Shown here: positions 51,629-64,000 of the stretch, piece after piece
How positions within the stretch are numbered: the stretch's first letter is position 1
Layout: the number at the start of each line of letters is the position of its first letter
Assembly (NCBI GenBank): GCA_051362555.1
Contig: CM120645.1
Location: 4,960,001-5,024,000 of the forward strand
Length of the DNA: 64,000 bases
Source of the DNA: Lingula anatina
Lineage: Eukaryota > Animalia > Brachiopoda
Direction: 5' to 3'
Notes under the pieces: model-generated
What the model was told of the DNA's origin: nothing
The model's input: the letters and a program-made list of their open reading frames with translations, nothing else
Databases searched by the model: none
Translations under genes and position numbers: made by a program

Positions 51629-52135
51629 TCAGTCATCGGATGTGCTTTGATTTGTTTTGTCCTCTTCGACATAAGACTGTGGGTGTATTCTTGTTCGGGT
51701 CAGTTTTAGCGGTGGTAACGTCTTTTTAGTTAAACTAGAGTCAGACTCTCTCGCTGAGTGGATGTCACCCGTCGTTTCTGACTGTCGTTGCTTTTTCCTA
51801 AGTTTTTCATCGGAGCCATTTTTTGATTGTCTCTTTTCCGATGCAAAATCCTTTGCAAACTGCGAGTTCTTTTTCGCTCGTGGCCACTTATGAAAAAGAG
51901 GAGGAGCGGAGTGAACAACAAACGCATTTTTGAATGGCTGTAAAAAGTTAGACACTAAACTACGCTCCTTAGATTCTTTTTTAGTCTCAAGGGTCTGGCG
52001 ATCTTCGTTTTTCGTCCCCTCATCTTGTGAGCCACATCCTGGTTTGCGTTCAGTCGTAGCAGAAGAAGCGATGTTGGTTTCGGGTTCTCCCGATGACATT
52101 GCAATGGGAAAGAAATTCTCATTCATACCTTCCAT
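51629..52135 (-). CDS. Orphan single-exon ORF, 168 aa, hydrophilic and probably disordered
   Basis: ATG-to-TGA ORF with K/S/E-rich, protein-like composition in AT-rich surroundings; TGACGTAA and TGACGTCA sites 20-40 bp upstream. No family recognised. Confidence 0.5.
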   Translation of the reverse strand: MEGMNENFFPIAMSSGEPETNIASSATTERKPGCGSQDEGTKNEDRQTLETKKESKERSLVSNFLQPFKNAFVVHSAPPLFHKWPRAKKNSQFAKDFASEKRQSKNGSDEKLRKKQRQSETTGDIHSARESDSSLTKKTLPPLKLTRTRIHPQSYVEEDKTNQSTSDD

Positions 52136-52154
52136 GAATTTGTCACCTCGTTAA

Positions 52155-52174
52155 TGACGTAACCTCTGACGTCA
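52155..52174. promoter_or_regulatory. Tandem CRE/ATF-type sites
   Basis: TGACGTAA and the perfect palindrome TGACGTCA lie just 5' of the orphan ORF. Confidence 0.35.
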
Positions 52175-54618
52175 CTGAGATTCAAGTCCGTCACTCAGCA
52201 CCAAAAATCCTTTTTCACAGCGATAACCAAAATTATCAGTTTCCCTTATTCATTTCCCCGTCAAGATATAAGAAGCGTTGGATCTAGAATGTTAGTTAAA
52301 ACTCTCAATGTCCATGCAAGACCAAAGTTACTGCTATTGATCCATGGACGCTAAGCTGACTAATTTTTCCTTTTAAATGGTGGGTCTGCTTCTGTCGGTA
52401 TTCAAGATGGAAACATTCGATCGAGCTTGCCATTGCTAAGACGAGGTTCGTTTGTTGGGCCCTTGTTCGTTGCAAAATCATCGAATAGGCCGCGGTAAAC
52501 CCCACTCCTGTTCAAGCCGACTAGTTCACAAATTGACATTTGCCCAGGTTAACATATGTTTAAGCGTTCCAGTTTTTCACGCATGGCTTTGTGGTCAATG
52601 TCGCTTTTAAATATAGTCCGTGGATATTTGCATACCGAGCCGACGCTCAGTCAGAACTGGAAGGATTCATTCAATATTTACTTCCTGATAAGCACTGCGC
52701 AACGCTTGTAGAATGCAGTAATGTGCACAGTATCTATATAGATGTATATGGGTTTGCAACAGTCCAATCCTCTGCCTGGAGTCCCATAAACCGAGCTCTC
52801 TCTCTGTCAATTGTTAGACTGACCTAAATTAAATTCAGTGTCCATTTAAAGCCTACCAATATTATGACATTAATACATCAGCATCCGCACGATTGTCTAA
52901 AGGACACAAAAACTTACAGCACAGATGTCCACAACGTAATGTCACAGTTCAAGTTGGCCAGTGTATACACGTACATAACTGACTGGTCAGTGTCTGGTAT
53001 TCTGGCCAAACTGACCACTGATATGTAACACTCCCAGGGTGTCAAACATAGGTGCACGCGTAAACAATCCGGGACACCTGGACAACGCAGCTCAGCTCCT
53101 TTCACCGGCGTCCTCAGCCTAAACCCCTGTCATCTCCATTAACACCTTCTTGTCAGCCGTGTACACCAACTTTAATGGAAAAGAAACAAGTCGACTCAAA
53201 TACTTTCTGGGTTTAATATTCCTCTAGATCGCAAGTTGCGGTGAATCCCAATAATCTTACGCACTGCTAGACCTTGGGATCAAGCTATCCCCTGTGATTA
53301 GGTAATTTTAGTATGAGGCGACTGTGTCAATATCACTTTGTATGCGTCGTCAATTGAAGCATCGGCATTACACTATATAGCTAACGACAGCAAAATCGTT
53401 GAAGTCGTAAAATAGCCCCAGTCTCCGCGCATGCCAGTTTAGTCTTTATGCCTAACAGCACCACGACTGCTATTGTTCTGTAGTTTTCAATCTGAACTTT
53501 GCTGCTCTACGTGCAAACAATTGTGTAAAATAAGCAGGAATAAAGGTTTTGTAATTCAGGTAAACACACGCACTACCGTCTGGTGGTCCCGTTGCTTTTG
53601 TGGACAACTTTTCAATCGCGCTGTATAAAATTAGTGGCTTTGTTCCCCTGTGGGACGTTTATTATACATGATTGTTAAGAACCATTCATGTCAATCATAA
53701 AGGCTCGATTTAGGAAAATCCCGAAGGATTGCGAAATCGGTCCTTCTCTCAATTACTAGCTCTTTTTCTTTCTTTCTTTCTTTCTTTTTTTTTTTTTTTT
53801 GGGGGGGGGGGTTGAGGTGTCTGACCTAATTGGAAGGTTAAGCAAAATAATCCTGTGGTATCAAGGACTCCCCTGTGGAAACTATGAATTACTCTCGATG
53901 AATGACACTCACATTTTATCTTAAAGCTATATCATTTATGTACATTTCTTTTTTACTTCAGACCTTACTGCGCTTTTTGTAGTTATTTATAAGGCACTCT
54001 TTTGTAGGCGAATTTAGAATAACGCCATCATTTGGTTTTAGCATTATCATGGATAATTCTATGGTATTATTAAACATGCAAGGATCAGAAAATTACTTTG
54101 CATTTCACTGTTACCATTCACAATGAATACCAGTTTTTTCCTCTAATCACAAAATACGATGACTTGTAACTAATGTGAGCTATATTATAAGTTACGTATA
54201 TCAAATTATATTATAATTGCAAAATATATATAACTGTAGAGAACGTTCATCGAATTTTGCTCATTTTCGGACTCATCCAATTTTTATATTAGTAAATAAG
54301 CAAATGAGAATATTAGAACCTTGGCGTTTGGTTTTCCATGCCTTCGGGGTCATAACGATCACCCTGCCACAGATGAAAAATTGGTCCCGAAAAAGAGCTC
54401 TTGAATGTATAATTCATGTATATTTATCAAATATAATTTTCATACAAAAATACTAAATGTTTATTAAAATGCATTATTTGCTTCTTTTACAATGAGCTAA
54501 TTGTGAACTCTTCCCAGAGAATAAGCAAACTTTCCCTCGCGTTACATAATAATCTTGACCAATGTCCATCAAGTCGGTAAATATATACTAGCATACTAGC
54601 ATTATAAAATCATCTGGG

Positions 54619-57600
54619 TTATAAATACTCATTAAGAATTTGGTGAAACTTTCTTCTTCTTCCCATCTTGGTTGACTGTGGTATTACAGAAATGACAGGT
54701 TCAGAGTCAGTCAAGCCATTTTTCTTGTTCGTTTTACCCAATTCATTAACAGTGAAAAAATCAACATTACCATCACCATCAGCTTTTGACCATTTAGGTA
54801 CGCTAGTATCAAGCCAACTTTTGTCGTCTCCCATTTGATTCTGTTCTAGTCTAGCTTTAGAACCTGTCGCTTCTGATTTGCTTTTTGGAAGTGGAAAATG
54901 ATCAACAGCGTGTTCTTTGTAATCCCCTGAAGATTCACCAACAGATATGACGCACTTTTTTCTTGGAGTATCTGCACTGCTTTTTTCAGTTTTCGTCTGC
55001 AAAGATGTATTTAACTGCACTGAATGGTTTCTCGGAATGTCTTTATCATAATTCAAGGACCGCTTTGCCGTGCGCAAAGGTTTGACATTAGTACCGATTT
55101 CTTTTTCTACCTTTGTTCTTTTCTGATTGCTGTGGAGAAACTGAAGAATGGTTGGCTGTTTTTTTCTTTTTCGCGTGATGTATGAAACATGAGAGAGCTT
55201 ATCATTACTTTGATGCACCTTTGTTGTGAATGCCAGACAACTGTCTGTTGTGTCATATTCAAGACTTTCTCCTTCAGCTGGCCTCTCTTTGGCACACTCA
55301 GTTATGCTGTTACTTGGTTTGAAGGTGTCCTCACTTGGAGACTCCTGCTCAGCAATGCAGAGATCATTCATTTGATTCATTTTGGTTCTGGCCTGATTAA
55401 TTATCTTTAAACTGCTGAGCCGTTTAGTTTTCCCTTGACCCATGTTATCAGTTGTGAGCCAATTTTCTTCCTTTACTGCTCTATCCTTGGATTGACAATT
55501 AGGATTTATCTTGTGGTGTTTAGCCAAGAAAGTTAAAGGAGATGGATGCCTTTTATCAACTGTACTTTCTTGTGACTTCACTTTGGCCTGCTGTGGTATT
55601 TCACATGGTTGTGATGTCACATAAGGTCTGTGTGATGTCATATCAGGACTGTGTGATGTCACATCAAGATGGTGTGATGACATATCAGGACTGTGTGGTG
55701 TCACATAAGGATGGTTTGGTGTCACATCAGGACTGTATGATATCACATCAGAATCGTTTGGTGTCACATCAAGTGTGTAGTGATGTTTCACACAAGCATT
55801 TTTCTCCACTTTGTTGCTCTCTGGACAATGACTTGCTTTGCTGGACCCTACTTCAGAGCATGGCACATTCTTGTCATCACTGAGAGAAATAGTGCTGCTA
55901 CTTTCAGAGCTGTCAGTTTCTATCCCACTTTCGACATCTGAACTGTTGCTGCTCAAATCGGATGGACTCAGTGGTTTGTCTTTATTATACTTGTCTGCTT
56001 CCTCATTGCTAGGGCTCTCAATAACATAGTTAATGTTGTAATAGGGGTCTTTTGTTTGACATGCTTTGTCTTTTTTATGCCCAGTTTTAATGTGTAGCAA
56101 AGGGCATTTTGCAGTGATAAAAGTTGTGTTTGCATCTAGGTTTGAGTCCTTGGATTCCACATGACAATCATTTTTCTCTACATCAACATGAATTTGGTCA
56201 CAACCATCACCGATAGCTGCATTTTCAACTTTTTCATTTTCTTGAGAATTTGCAAGTTTGTCACTATCATACTGTGAGATAATATAATTGTCCTCATTGT
56301 CAGCCAAGGCCTGATCCCTGGGTCCTTTCCTTTTCATGTCTGGTGATTCCTGAGATGAGAACACCACTCCTTTGACTTTCCCGCTCTCCTTAATGCGCAT
56401 TTTATCCCTCTCTCTTTTTCTCTGCAAAATACCACTATTTTTTCTCCTCAGTACAGCTGGTATCGCAGTATCTACAAAATTCCAGCTCATCATGATCTTC
56501 TGTACTGAAGGAGGGATTCTGATTTCCTTCTGCGGCTCAGGGTCCAGATACTCATCAAAACAGGACAATATCGCTCTCTCCTCCAGGCTTGACCCAAGTA
56601 TCCCTCGTGCTGACCCCTGTACAATTGGCATGATGGACTTGGGCCGGACTCTGGACACAAACTCGTGAAGTTCGGGATAAGAGGAATGGTCAGAGTAAGG
56701 GACAATGAACACATTGTCCATGTTGGCATAGGGGTCGAAGTCCACCCCCGTGTACAATGCTGTTGGTATGATAGCTATGGTTGGGTACGACTCATCCAGT
56801 TTCGAGAGATACTCCTAGAATAGAATAAAATCTTACTGTTATTTCGGTGGGTTACAGAGTTTGATTCCGACTGTTTTTTTTTTTCAATCCTGCGGTTCCC
56901 TCTTATACATAGTCTGGTGGAAAATGTATGAGAGAAGAAAAATATTCAAAAGTGTGGTGAAGTATAGTACATGTTTTATTGTTTCTTGTGTAGTGATCAC
57001 AGTAAACATGTAAACCATTCCAAAAAAGTCTAAACATATTTTTTATATTTGAGGCACATAAACATTAAACCTACTTTAGAAGGCTTAGCAATGATTATCT
57101 ACATTTTTACCACTCACCTTAGATATACGTGGGCTTGGGGCCAGTCTTATCCTCCCTGCTTGTCTGTCATCAGTGAACACATCAGGCAGCTCCAACAGTT
57201 TCAACATCTCCAATCTTGTTGGCGTGACAACAATCCAGGTTACAAACTCCATGGCGATATCCACCAACAAGTCCTCCTTGCCAAGGCTATTCATGCCCAG
57301 GAGTATGTCATGCTCAGGATGTGCGGCGATGATTTGAAAAATTTTCGATTTTGCTTGGTCTCGCGACAAAAAAAGACAATTTGGATGACAATAGGTGTTG
57401 TCAAGGTAAAGGACGTCAACTGGGGGGTTGGAGGAGAGAGGGGTATCTATGAACATGGCGGGGGTGTACCTGAAATAAGGAATAGAACTACTGTTAGTTT
57501 TCATAACAAAGCAGAAACACTCATCATTACTTTTTATGGTGTTTTCTGACTCAGGTCCTATAGGTTTCCTTGGTCAGACAGACTACAATATATTTTTTTA

Positions 57601-58417
57601 TTTCTAGACTTTCAGTATTAAAGTCTGCTACATACTTGTAGATGGGTCAAGGGCCTTGGTCTCAAAACTGTTCCATCAAGGTAAGATCTGGTGGAAAAAC
57701 ATAACTGTTTAATATCTTTAGAACAATTGCACTTTTTCAACCATCATTACACAGGAGACAAAGAAAAACCTTCCAGTATATAAAACCAAATGGTTTGAAA
57801 GATGTGCTATACCTGAAGTCCCCAGTATAGAGAATGGTACCAAAATATCCAACAAATAAAAACATGACAGCTCCAGGACAGTGGTTGGCATCTATCAGGG
57901 ACACTGTCATAGTTTCTATGCCTTCTTCATCTAGAGGAATGATATGACTCTGGCCTACCTACATTTATATAAAATATATGACAAGATTATACTTGTATAT
58001 ACTGGTACATCCGAGACCGGATTGAAATCCAGGCAGATTTCGAATCCACCTGGGATTAAGTATTGATAAAATGATTTTTTTAAAAATAAAATTAAGCATT
58101 TGAGCAATGTACTGATATATGACCAAATAGCAAACCAAAGTTTCAGAGATTTCAACAAGCATTTAATAAAACATGATAAAAAATAATTAGGTAATCACCT
58201 CAAGAGTTTTCACAAGACCTTTTTGGATATTGAATTTGGCAACCAGAAGTTTGCCAGAGATTTCTGAACAATAGATGGGGGTTTTCCATGATGGGCTCAA
58301 TCCTGAAGTATGGTCAGCATGCATGTGTGACAGAAAATAAAACTTGGTGTCTGGGCTGCCTCTGGTTTTCCAGTAATCTACAGCAAATGGTGTGCCTGGG
58401 ATTATGCAGCCATTCAT
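54619..58417 (-). CDS. DCLRE1B: 5' exonuclease Apollo (SNM1B), metallo-beta-lactamase/beta-CASP nuclease; 4 coding exons
   Basis: Exons 58417-58199, 57958-57813, 57469-57118, 56814-54619. Motifs [16 protein letters not shown], [62 protein letters not shown]; N-terminal nuclease domain followed by a long disordered tail, as in Apollo. Confidence 0.93.
55608..55775 (-). repeat. Coding 21-bp minisatellite (8 x 7 aa) in the Apollo tail
   Basis: [56 protein letters not shown]. Confidence 0.85.
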
Positions 58418-58819
58418 GATTGTCTGAAAATATAAAATGTTTTAAATATCCATAAAATTGCGTATAAATTATAGGTGGAAACAAGTGCATGAACTATGGA
58501 ATGATAAGCATTTTAGCCTTTTAAGTTTAGTAAGTTTTACCTGACTGGTATCTAAATCTGTAACAAGTTTTCAACCCATACTGATTTTCCAACTGGAGAG
58601 TAAGCAGATGGTAGAGGGTCCCCCCCCCCCCCCCCCCAAAAAAAAAAAAAAAAAAAAAAAAAAAGCAAACTGAAGTGTTGGAGTAGTTTAAAAAATACGG
58701 ATTAATCAGACTAGGGGTACAGCCTGGCTAGCAATACCAGTAGCAGCGGAGCAAAACAATTTACAAAGTTAATTACGTTTGTCTGTCACCTTACTACATG
58801 ATCTATATTTAGCATCATA

Positions 58820-59500
58820 CCTTAGGCTCTTCATACAACCACCATATCTGCTGACTGTCCAAACCGTCTGACCGGACTCTTTTTCACTACACATGAACAG
58901 ACTTTTTGACTGAATATCAAAAGCACTTCATAACTTATTTTGAATTTCCTCCTACCGGAACCGGAAGTTAACATTCCTCTCCTTTTCTTTAAACCTCCAT
59001 TTTAAGAAGAGCAGAAATGAACTCGTTGCACGATTTCTTTAGGTGGGATATAACTTCAAAATTCTCGTCGTTACTGTGATAACTATTCTCCGATTAATAT
59101 CAGAGCGGTAAAATATATCTTAAGGGACGTATCGACCAATGGAGAGGTGAATTTGTGCTTGATAGCACGCTTTTAATCACGAACCAAGTTTGATAATACG
59201 TTGGATGTTCTTCAATTTCTACTAGCATAGTAGTAGTACAATAACTAGAAGCTACGTTAGAAGTGCCATGCATAAGAAATTTAGAATTTAGATTTACTAG
59301 TACAAGGACCTTTTCAAATCGAGCGGTATACTCTACTGGTGTATTCTGTGACAGCTCACTTTGAAAGGTCCTAACAACATGTAACTACGCTACAATTTTT
59401 TCTCACTTTCTCGCTCGGTATACTGTATTATTAATTATCCCTACATTCAGTTTTTATCATATACTTACATACCCATTGCACCAGTACAGGTAGTTCGACC
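58820..59500. promoter_or_regulatory. Bidirectional promoter region, DCLRE1B / MRPS33
   Basis: Divergent genes with start codons 1.3 kb apart, both preceded by UTR-intron acceptors (about 58424 and 59714); tandem ETS/GABP site CCGGAACCGGAAGT at 58955-58968; CCAAT boxes near 59136 and 59499. Confidence 0.6.
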
Positions 59501-59730
59501 AATAATCCGAACTAAAGTGAAATTAAGTAACTTTTCTATTCTGTTTTGTTTTCCACTTGTCCAACACTTAAGTCAAGCTCGTACTGTGTACATTTACTTA
59601 AAAGAAAAGATGGCAGAATTACCAAACCGTCATGTGTCAATATTTTAATATCATTTAATAATATTTTTCTCAATGAATGACGTAACTAAATTTTTGCCTT
59701 TCTTTTATCTCAGGTGACCTCCTTTCTGAG

Positions 59731-60350
59731 ATGGCGACTCCCTATGCTCGACGGATGGCAGCTTTGTCTGCCAGAATATTTGGAGAGGTTTCTAAACCAA
59801 CTGACCAAAAATCCATGAAAGTGGTGAAAATGCTCAGTGTCCAGCCTGCCAACAAGAACCCAGAGTTTGTTCGGTATTATCCAAAGTATGAAGAATTGCG
59901 TGCACTTCATCTGAGTCTAAGGAGGTTTGGAATTATTAGGTAATTATAGTGATTAAAAAGGCGCCTTGCCTGACTGAAGAAGTAATGGGCCATTGAACGT
60001 GTACCATGTTATAATTTTAGCACTTTCTTTCATTCAGTGTGCAACCTATGTACTAGTATTCCTCGTGATGCAGATTAATTTGAACCAATTTGAATTTGAC
60101 ACTTCAGTTATTTAGTTACATTTCAAACTATCAAAATATTGTAAAGGGTAATTCCTTTCCTTATTTAATTTATATTTTGGTTGAATTGGTACTTAAGTAT
60201 CCTAACTCTTTTGATTTTCTGGCATTTAGGGACGATTTAGCAGAATTTAAAGTCCACCTCAGTAGAGCTAGGACTGGGAGAGGCAAGAAACCGCCAGCTA
60301 AGGGTGAAGGAAAACGAGCCATGAAAGCCAAGAGAAAGGGTGGATCATGA
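59731..60350 (+). CDS. MRPS33: Mitochondrial small-subunit ribosomal protein mS33; 2 coding exons
   Basis: Exons 59731-59939 and 60230-60350; YARRMAALSARIFGEV...SMKVVKMLS...YYP...LRRFGIIRDDLAEFK...RGKKPPAKGEGKRA. Confidence 0.95.
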
Positions 60351-62096
60351 TGAAAAATAAAGAAAAGGATATTTTTGAGTTAAGAAAAGGACTTTCAAGT
60401 ACATCTCTTAGTAACATTGTCCAGTGCAGAGGCAAAAACTGATGATAATGCAAACATTTCAGTATATTGAAATGAGGCTCATTGATAGGAATAGTAAATT
60501 AGTTGGCTAATAGCTGAAGCTTAGAGACTTATTAAGCTGAAGACAACTTTTACTTTTTGTGAAATGGAGCCTTGGAGCAAGAAAGTCATTCATTGGCTAT
60601 CAAGAAAAATTCTAGTGTAGAATGATGGTCACCATAGTGTCCATTTCTCCAGGTTGTTCTAATCAAGAAAAAAATGTTTTTTCTGAATTTCTTTCTGTAC
60701 ATCTATTTGTATCAACTTGCTGGAGAGAAAAAAAAATGATGTCCTTTCAGAAAAAAGACATTAAGACCAGCTTTTAAATCAAGTTTATTCTGTTGCAAAA
60801 GATTGCATAATATACTATATTACATACATGATAAAATCTGCAGCAGCAGCACAAGCTGCTCTGATCACAGTCTAGTGTGAATAATTCGGACATGTTGGCC
60901 ATTTTGGTTCAGCTGAACATTTCTCTTACATTCACTGATCCTGGCAGACTTTCATCTATTTGGTGAACACTGCTATTCAAATACCCCCCCCCCCAAAAAA
61001 AAAAAAAAAAAAAAATAATAATAATAAAATAAATAATAATAAATAAATAAATAATTAAAAAATTTACCTGCATTGCAGCGCTTTCTATCTAACGAAGCAA
61101 TTAGTACTTAACTAGAATTTTGTATATCCTAAATGACAGTATATATTCAATAGTAGCAATAATTTGGCATCGGTCTCTGCATAACTACCCCACACAGTTT
61201 ATGATCATATTTCATCATGCTTCTCACCTGTTATACCACACAAAAGTCATTTAGGATCACTTCTATAAAAATAATGAAGGTAAGCTCCTTTTAAGTTGAA
61301 AAGTTAACATTGCCCATGGCTTATGCAGAAAGCTTTTTTTAAAGTGCTACATTGTAGTGTTCTTCTTTCTCTAGCATTAAACTTATCCAAAAACTTAACA
61401 AACGAAATAATATATGACCTCAGATAAGCCACATTGCTGACTGATTATCACTTCAATAGTGAGACATTTTAACAGATAGAAGGAATCTGTGAAAAATGAC
61501 TCGTTCTAAAAAAAAAAAAATTACCCTTATTGAATTTTAAGCACTATATACTTGAAGATAAATTATTACAGCAGTGATACATATTATGTAGTACAATTCA
61601 ATTTAAAAGAGTTGCAAAATATGACAGAGAAGGAAAAAGTACTTATCACTGTGGACACCATACCAGACCAAATGACACATTCATTCCTCTTTGTTTGTCT
61701 TATTCCCCACTCAATTAAAAAACCTCACACACTCAAAAGATGAAATATTTATTGAAAGGGACGGAAAATGGTCCACCGATTTTTCCCTTCCTTTTTAACA
61801 AGTTCATACCAGGCCCAACAACTTTCTTTTCTTGACTCGGGTTTAACACACAAAAATAGCAATGCATCATCTATGAACACAGGCAACACTTTAATTGGAA
61901 CTTTAGCAACCTACCCAAGCTATTTTTAATGAAAGCATTCAATTTGTTTACATTTTTGTATAAACAAGTATTATAACATATTTTCAATTTATTTTTGGAA
62001 ATAAATATATTGGGCATATGTTTGCAGTGATAAAATGTTTAATGCTAAAGCAATGTTTATGTAAACATGAGAAGTTTATAACAAAGACACGTTTAT

Positions 62097-64000
62097 TCAG
62101 TAGTTCTTCTTCAGCCTCTCATTTTCCTCTCGCAGTCGGTGGATCTCTGCCACAAGTTCTTCGTTGACTGAAAATTCCTGAAGCATAGACCTGACTTCAT
62201 GCTGAAACATACAAAATATTATTAAGAATAATTACAGTTTTTCACTGATGTCTTTTTGTTCTTGGAAAAAAGATCTTTCAAGCACATGCACAGGAGGCTT
62301 CAAGAAGCTCAGACATTTTGGAACCTGAAACTTTTTTGATTAAGGCTTAGCTCATATCAATATCAGCAAAAACTAAAGAAAAATTTTGATCCATTAGATT
62401 TCTGATAAAGTAAGAAGTTTAGCAGTCTACTTGTGTCTAAAAATGCAATTAAGGTAACAAATGTGTTTTGTTTTAAGGCAGTTTGAAAAAGGCTAATTAC
62501 TTCCCCAGTAACAATTATCAAAAAATAATAAATAAAAAAATGAAGTTCACTCACCAGCTGAATTTGAAATTGTTTTATCATCTCCATCTGTAGATGAATG
62601 TGTTCCCTGTGCATCTGATCTCTGAACTCTTCCATGGCTTCCTCCACAACATTCCTGATAAACTCTGTGTGAAATGGTTGAATACCCAGGGGCACACCCT
62701 GGGGCGTGGTGGGTGTGGTCCCTGAAGCCGCTGCCCCAGCTCCAATGCCCCCAGAGAGTGGGACAACTGCATTACTGCTAGAGTTTGTAGTAGAGTAAGC
62801 AGTCTGTTGTTGGTGCTGCTCTTGATGTGGTTTCCAATCAGATCCGTCCATCCAATCTCCTGAGCCACGACTGCTTGTTATGTGTGATGAAAGCCGAGAC
62901 ACCACTCCGTCTCTCGAGTCCACTTTTTGACCACTGGTCATTCTCTGTCTCTGACTGCTCTCAGCTACTGTCCAGCTGTCTGCATGCCTTTCCCCCATCC
63001 GTGATTCAGTCTCTCTGGAGGACAGGTCTTTTGGTCTTGTTGTGACCTTGTCTGACCTATAGAGGTCATCACTTACAGCAGCCTGGGTTCTGGGTGTTCT
63101 TGGGGTTCGTGGACTTCTTGTGCTGCCCTCTGAAATACCTGTTAGTATGTTGATATATCAGTCTGATTAATATTATTACTATTATGTTTACAATCACTGT
63201 GTAACCACTAATGCATTATTTAAAAAAAACTTAATCTCTAAAACAGCACAACAAGATGCATCTACTAGTAGAATTCTTAACAATTCTCTCACCTTGCGGT
63301 ACATATAACTATAATTGGGTAATGAAACCTTATCTTTAATGAAAATGACGTGATGATATCTAGGTCTCTTAATAGAGTACTCTTACCTTGTGGTAAAGGT
63401 AATCTGACACCAGGTGTGCCATTCATGTACTGGTATGACTTGCTCTCTACATCTTCATCTGTAATTCCAGCTCCAGTATCTGCATGGACCTGTGAATAAT
63501 GAGATCAGAAAAACTGATTGCTTTGAAGCTTAGTATAATACAGGATTACTGGCTCTACTTCATTCTGAACAGTTTTTTCCCTAGTAGGAACGTTACTTGT
63601 TGTTCACAATTACAATCAGTTTAGTATGACTATGTGCAGTCCATATAGAGTATAGTATTACCTGAGTATAGTATTACCTCTTGTTACTAAATTAACTATG
63701 TCCAATTTCTATTTGAATCATGGTTTCAACACGGTTTTATAATCAGATATGATGTAATTTACGACGGTTAGTGGGTTTTTACTTTACTCCAAAATGCTAA
63801 AAAAGTCCTGCTTTATTCTAATAAACAATATTGGAGAATATGCACTCTTTCATCATTGGTGGTCTATTTCCTATAAAACTACCTCTGAACTCTTTGCATG
63901 CAGGCCATCTTCAAAAGAAACTCCTGTTGTGATTGGAAGGTTTCCTAACAATGAAGAGTCATTGAGGCTACCAGCACCAATAGGATTTCTTCTTAGTGAG
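62097..64000 (-). CDS. NEDD1: NEDD1 / GCP-WD (gamma-tubulin ring complex targeting factor), 3' part
   Basis: Exons >64000-63883, 63489-63387, 63129-62555, 62201-62097 in frame. C-terminal FIRNVVEEAMEEFRDQMHREHIHLQMEMIKQFQIQLHEVRSMLQEFSVNEELVAEIHRLREENERLKKNY matches the NEDD1 coiled coil. Confidence 0.9.

Noticed and set aside
55608-55775. Apollo heptads as an RNA polymerase II CTD mimic
   Set aside because: The period is 7, but the consensus does not match YSPTSPS beyond scattered SP/TP.
63648-63679. 16-bp tandem repeat GAGTATAGTATTACCT x2 (and CAGGACGGAATAAC x2 near 51513-51545)
   Set aside because: Ordinary slippage duplications in non-coding DNA.

Overview
AT-rich animal (marine-invertebrate-like) genomic DNA with GT-AG spliced genes; nothing prokaryotic and no CRISPR, rRNA or tRNA recognised. 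In order: (1) 5' part of an uncharacterised minus-strand gene running off the left edge, with an internally deleted PIF/Harbinger transposon in intron 1; (2) a 14-coding-exon CLCA-family gene with an unusually long NPxY-containing tail; (3) a 5-exon single-EGF type I receptor with a ~365-aa tyrosine-rich tail; (4) a tandem duplication (about 30531-39015 and 39374-51134), each unit carrying an intact 9-exon type I membrane protein gene (SEA-like and Ephrin_rec_like/GCC repeats, mucin stalk, TM), where unit B has a four-level nested transposon stack and a second 2.3-kb insertion; (5) an orphan 168-aa ORF; (6) DCLRE1B/Apollo head-to-head with MRPS33; (7) the 3' end of NEDD1. The most notable signal is a 58-aa, cysteine-free, cationic segment between two furin sites in both duplicated proteins; most of it shows only synonymous differences while neighbouring domains diverge, suggesting a released peptide. 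All gene models were spliced and translated by hand; family assignments rest on recalled motifs, not database searches.
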